Source: an uncultured bacterium
Lineage (GTDB): Bacteria; Zixibacteria; MSB-5A5; UBA10806
Reading direction: 5' to 3'
DNA: 61,615 nucleotides
Assembly: GCA_965541585.1 (NCBI GenBank)
Contig: CBEUCH010000019.1
Span: 1-61,615, forward strand
A program made the position numbers and the translations under genes. Of this stretch, positions 58,445-61,615 are shown one piece after another; position 1 is the first letter of the stretch, and each line of letters opens with the position of its first letter. The notes under the pieces are model-generated. The model saw nothing but the letters and a program-made list of their open reading frames with translations, was not told the origin of the DNA and did not search any database.

Positions 58445-60049
58445 ATGCGTTATATTTGCCTGTTCTTGATGCTGGTGCCGCTTGCGGTTTCGCAGGCGCA
58501 ATACCCGCAGGTGGAGCTTTATCAGACAACGCAGGATTATTACTACTATCCTGTGGGAACCAGCTATGGGTTCGATTATCTCGGGGGGCGGCATCTTATC
58601 GAAGGCAGGACCAACCCTGATGATCCTGATATGCGGATAATATTTTATAATTTCCATGATTTGCATGGGGATTCGCTCGGTTGGACGTCCGTGTCTTTGA
58701 TCGGACGAAGACAGACTATGGAGAAACTGCATATATTTCCCCGCAACAGGGCCGCCGTTACTTTTAAGTACTACTCTGTGGGGGACCACCCGATGATAGC
58801 AGTTGATGCCTACCGAGGATTCGGCATCTTCACAGTATTGGATGCGCCCTCTCAGGGAATTGATCCCTCTCTCTACAGGCCCTCCATCACCGATGACGCT
58901 CCTGGCCGGTTCCATATGATATACTTTTCAAGCGGTTTCCCGACTTATATGCTTCGTTATATTTCCTGGGATGGATCCAACGATCCGTTCGGCCCGGTTA
59001 TTGTCGAGGATGCGGTTTTGCCGACGGCTAAAATAGTGACGTCCGGTTCGAGCGATCGGGTCGCACTTGTTTTTCTCAGGGCGGTAATAGAGGATAACGA
59101 CGAGATATCGGGCGGCGACGTCGCTTATGTGGTATCCGAGGACGGGGAAAACTGGGATTTCGAAAACGATATAATTTATGTCACCGATTATAACAACTCA
59201 GATCTGCGGGCTTTCGGAGATCTCGACGCCCTTTTCGACAGCGGCGACATCCTCCATATCGTCTGGAATGAGACGATTCTGTATGATCCCGGCATTTCCG
59301 CTTATGACGCCAGGTTGATGCATTTCACCGAGCGGGAAGACCGGATCGATATGATCAGCTACAATTTCGATGACGAATGGGATGCCTCGCCGGGGCATCG
59401 GAATATCGGTATCGGCAGCATGTCCTTAGCCTGCGATGTGAACGGGCATCTTTATGTCGCCTGGGAGGAGTTTCATGATACCGATGCCTCAAATGACGGT
59501 TACTGCAACGGCGATATTTATCTTGCGTATTCCTTCGACGACGGATATTCATGGACGCCGCCGGCAAACCTGACCGATTCCCAAACGCCGGACTGCCAGG
59601 CCGGGGATTGCGAAAGCGATCTTTTCCCCGATCTCGATGAGGCTATAGACGACGAAATCCGCCTTTTCTATCTGAGCGATCGGGATGCCGGATCCGGGGA
59701 ATTCGGGGAAGGGGAGATGACGACAAATACAACATATATGATGACCCTCTCGCCTAGGGTGAGTATCGATCCCGAAATCAGGCCGCAGAGATTTCTACTG
59801 CTCCAGAACTACCCCAACCCCTTCAACGCCAGAACTACCTTCAAATTCTCACTGGCGGAGGCGGCGAATGTTAAGCTCCAGATCTTCGATATCGCCGGGC
59901 GGCTGGTGGAGACTCTCGCGGATTGTGAATTTGATGCCGGCGAAAACTCGGTAACCTGGGATGCGACGGATCAATCCTCCGGAATCTATTTCGCCAGACT
60001 GGCCGGTAATACCGGCTCCGTCTCTAAAAAACTGGTTTTGCTGAAATAA
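58445..60049 (+). CDS. Secreted Asp-box/BNR beta-propeller protein with sorting domain (paralog 3)
   Basis: SEDGENW, SFDDGYSW, LTDSQTPDC..GDCESD; YPNPFN...LLK. Confidence 0.85.
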   Translation: MRYICLFLMLVPLAVSQAQYPQVELYQTTQDYYYYPVGTSYGFDYLGGRHLIEGRTNPDDPDMRIIFYNFHDLHGDSLGWTSVSLIGRRQTMEKLHIFPRNRAAVTFKYYSVGDHPMIAVDAYRGFGIFTVLDAPSQGIDPSLYRPSITDDAPGRFHMIYFSSGFPTYMLRYISWDGSNDPFGPVIVEDAVLPTAKIVTSGSSDRVALVFLRAVIEDNDEISGGDVAYVVSEDGENWDFENDIIYVTDYNNSDLRAFGDLDALFDSGDILHIVWNETILYDPGISAYDARLMHFTEREDRIDMISYNFDDEWDASPGHRNIGIGSMSLACDVNGHLYVAWEEFHDTDASNDGYCNGDIYLAYSFDDGYSWTPPANLTDSQTPDCQAGDCESDLFPDLDEAIDDEIRLFYLSDRDAGSGEFGEGEMTTNTTYMMTLSPRVSIDPEIRPQRFLLLQNYPNPFNARTTFKFSLAEAANVKLQIFDIAGRLVETLADCEFDAGENSVTWDATDQSSGIYFARLAGNTGSVSKKLVLLK

Positions 60050-60103
60050 ATGAAATTTTCGCTTTAGATCGAGGTAGATAACCCGTTTGAGCGGGGGGAT
60101 AAG

Positions 60104-61615
60104 ATGAGATTTCAAACAATCTTTGTAATTATCGTGCTGGTTTTTCTGGCGGCAACAGCCTTTGCCTTTGAGCCATTATTTCATGCCAGGATCGACTACG
60201 GGGTCGGGGACGATCCTACTTCAGTTTTCGCGGTTGACCTCGATGGCGACGGCGACGATGACTTAGCCGTGGCTAATAATGGCTCCGACAATGTCTCAGT
60301 CCTTCTGAATAATGGTGACGGGACATTTCAGGTGGCGGTTAATTACACGGCCGGGAGTGAACCGGTTTCAGTTTTCGCGGTTGACCTCGATGGCGACGGC
60401 GATAATGATCTGGCCGTGGCTAATTTGAGTTCCGACAATGTCTCAGTCCTTCTGAATAACGGTGACGGGATGTTCCAGCAGGCGGTTAATTACGGGGTTG
60501 GGGATCTTCCTCGTTCAGTTTTCGCGGTTGACCTCGATGGCGATGGCGATAATGACCTGGCCGTGGCTAATGGTTGGCCCGACAATGTCTCGGTCCTTCT
60601 GAATAACGGTGATGGGACATTTCAGCAGGCGTTAAATTATGGGGCCGGGGATATTCCTCGTTCAGTTTTCGCGGTTGACCTCGATGGCGATGGCGACAAT
60701 GACCTGGCCGTGGCTAATGATGGTGGCTATTTCGGCCACGGCAATGTCTCAATCCTTCTGAATAACGGTGACGGGACATTTCAGACGGCGGTTGATTACG
60801 GCGCCGTCGATCATCCTCGTTCAGTTTTCGCGGTTGATCTCGATGGCGATGGCGACAATGACTTGGCCGTGGCTAATGTAGGAACAGATCCAGAGAATCC
60901 AGGTTACGTATCGATTTTTCTGAATAACGGTGACGCGATATTCCGGCAGGTGGCTAATTACGGGGCCGGGGATACACCTGCTTCAGTTTTCGCGGTTGAC
61001 CTCGATGGCGATGGCGACAATGACCTGGCCGTAGCTAATAGTGGTGGCGATGAAGGCTACGGCAATGTCTCAATCCTTCGGAATAACGGTGACGGGACAT
61101 TTCAGGAGGCGGTTAGCTGCGAAGTTGGGGGCAGTTCTGTTTCAGTTTTCGCGGTTGATCTCGACGGCGACGGCGACAATGACCTGGCCGTGGCAAATGA
61201 GTATTCCCACAATGTCTCAGTCTTTCTGAACAACGGTGACGGGACATTTCAGGAGGCGGTTAATTACGGGGCCGGGGATTATCCTGTTTCAGTTTTCGCG
61301 GTCGACCTCGATGGCGATGGCGACAATGACCTGGCCGTGGCTAATTTGGATTCCGACGATGTCTCAGTCCTTCTGAATAACGGTGACGGGACATTTCAGG
61401 AGGCGGTTAATTATGGGGCCGGGGATAATCCTATATCAGTTTTCGCCGCTGATCTCGATAGCGACGGCGACAATGACCTAACCGTGGCTAATAATTGGTC
61501 CGACAATGTCTCAGTTCTTCTGAATAACGGTGACGGGACATTTCCGGCGGCGGTTAATTACGGGGCCGGGGATGCGCCTTTCTCAGTTTTCGCGGTTGAC
61601 CTCGATGGCGACGGC
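60104..61615 (+). CDS. Secreted FG-GAP/VCBS tandem-repeat protein, partial (open to the window end, absent from the ORF track)
   Basis: ATG 60104 after GGGGGG, signal peptide MRFQTIFVIIVLVFLAATAFA, then repeats SVFAVDLDGDGDNDLAVAN...NVSVLLNNGDGTF..AVNY. Confidence 0.9.
   Translation, partial: MRFQTIFVIIVLVFLAATAFAFEPLFHARIDYGVGDDPTSVFAVDLDGDGDDDLAVANNGSDNVSVLLNNGDGTFQVAVNYTAGSEPVSVFAVDLDGDGDNDLAVANLSSDNVSVLLNNGDGMFQQAVNYGVGDLPRSVFAVDLDGDGDNDLAVANGWPDNVSVLLNNGDGTFQQALNYGAGDIPRSVFAVDLDGDGDNDLAVANDGGYFGHGNVSILLNNGDGTFQTAVDYGAVDHPRSVFAVDLDGDGDNDLAVANVGTDPENPGYVSIFLNNGDAIFRQVANYGAGDTPASVFAVDLDGDGDNDLAVANSGGDEGYGNVSILRNNGDGTFQEAVSCEVGGSSVSVFAVDLDGDGDNDLAVANEYSHNVSVFLNNGDGTFQEAVNYGAGDYPVSVFAVDLDGDGDNDLAVANLDSDDVSVLLNNGDGTFQEAVNYGAGDNPISVFAADLDSDGDNDLTVANNWSDNVSVLLNNGDGTFPAAVNYGAGDAPFSVFAVDLDGDG
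60221..61615 (+). repeat. Ten coding tandem repeat units of 147-162 bp (last one partial)
   Basis: TCAGTTTTCGC anchors at 60221, 60368, 60515, 60662, 60821, 60983, 61142, 61289, 61436 and 61583. Confidence 0.92.

Noticed and set aside
55257..61615. Diversity-generating retroelement or CRISPR explanation for the repeats
   Set aside because: No reverse transcriptase in the window, differences are not adenine-specific and include in-frame indels, and the repeats are coding with lengths in multiples of three.

Overview
A 61.6 kb bacterial chromosomal window of moderate GC, mostly encoding cell-envelope, secreted and housekeeping functions. Several secreted proteins end in a YPNPFN...LLK sorting domain (T9SS type-A/FlgD-like) and a PorV-like gene is present, which suggests an FCB-group organism, possibly Zixibacteria-like (inference only). 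Recognisable genes: NhaP-type antiporter, S8/M14/M16/M3-like peptidases, DRG-type GTPase, transketolase-like enzyme, hflKC, DUF362 plus Wzx flippase, dCMP deaminase, RidA, a CusCBA-type efflux operon, PutP-like symporter and a BioF-like enzyme. Features the ORF track misses or splits: (1) two probable selenoproteins, an AhpD-like CxxU protein and an exported UxxC thioredoxin-TPR protein, each with a SECIS-like hairpin; (2) a 97-bp tandem repeat of a remodelled tRNA-Asn whose anticodon arm is replaced by a perfect hairpin; (3) a Cys-rich upstream ORF followed by an RBS-occluding hairpin in front of the Cus operon; (4) two ORF-less structured transcript candidates (about 23.5-23.8 kb and 46.3-46.6 kb); (5) genes bracketed by direct repeats or GTAG-type REP elements; (6) a tandem array of secreted paralogs with homogenised ends, and a 10-unit FG-GAP repeat protein with hypervariable loops that runs off the window end. 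No CRISPR array, integrase, transposase or rRNA was seen. All family calls come from motif reading, not database searches.
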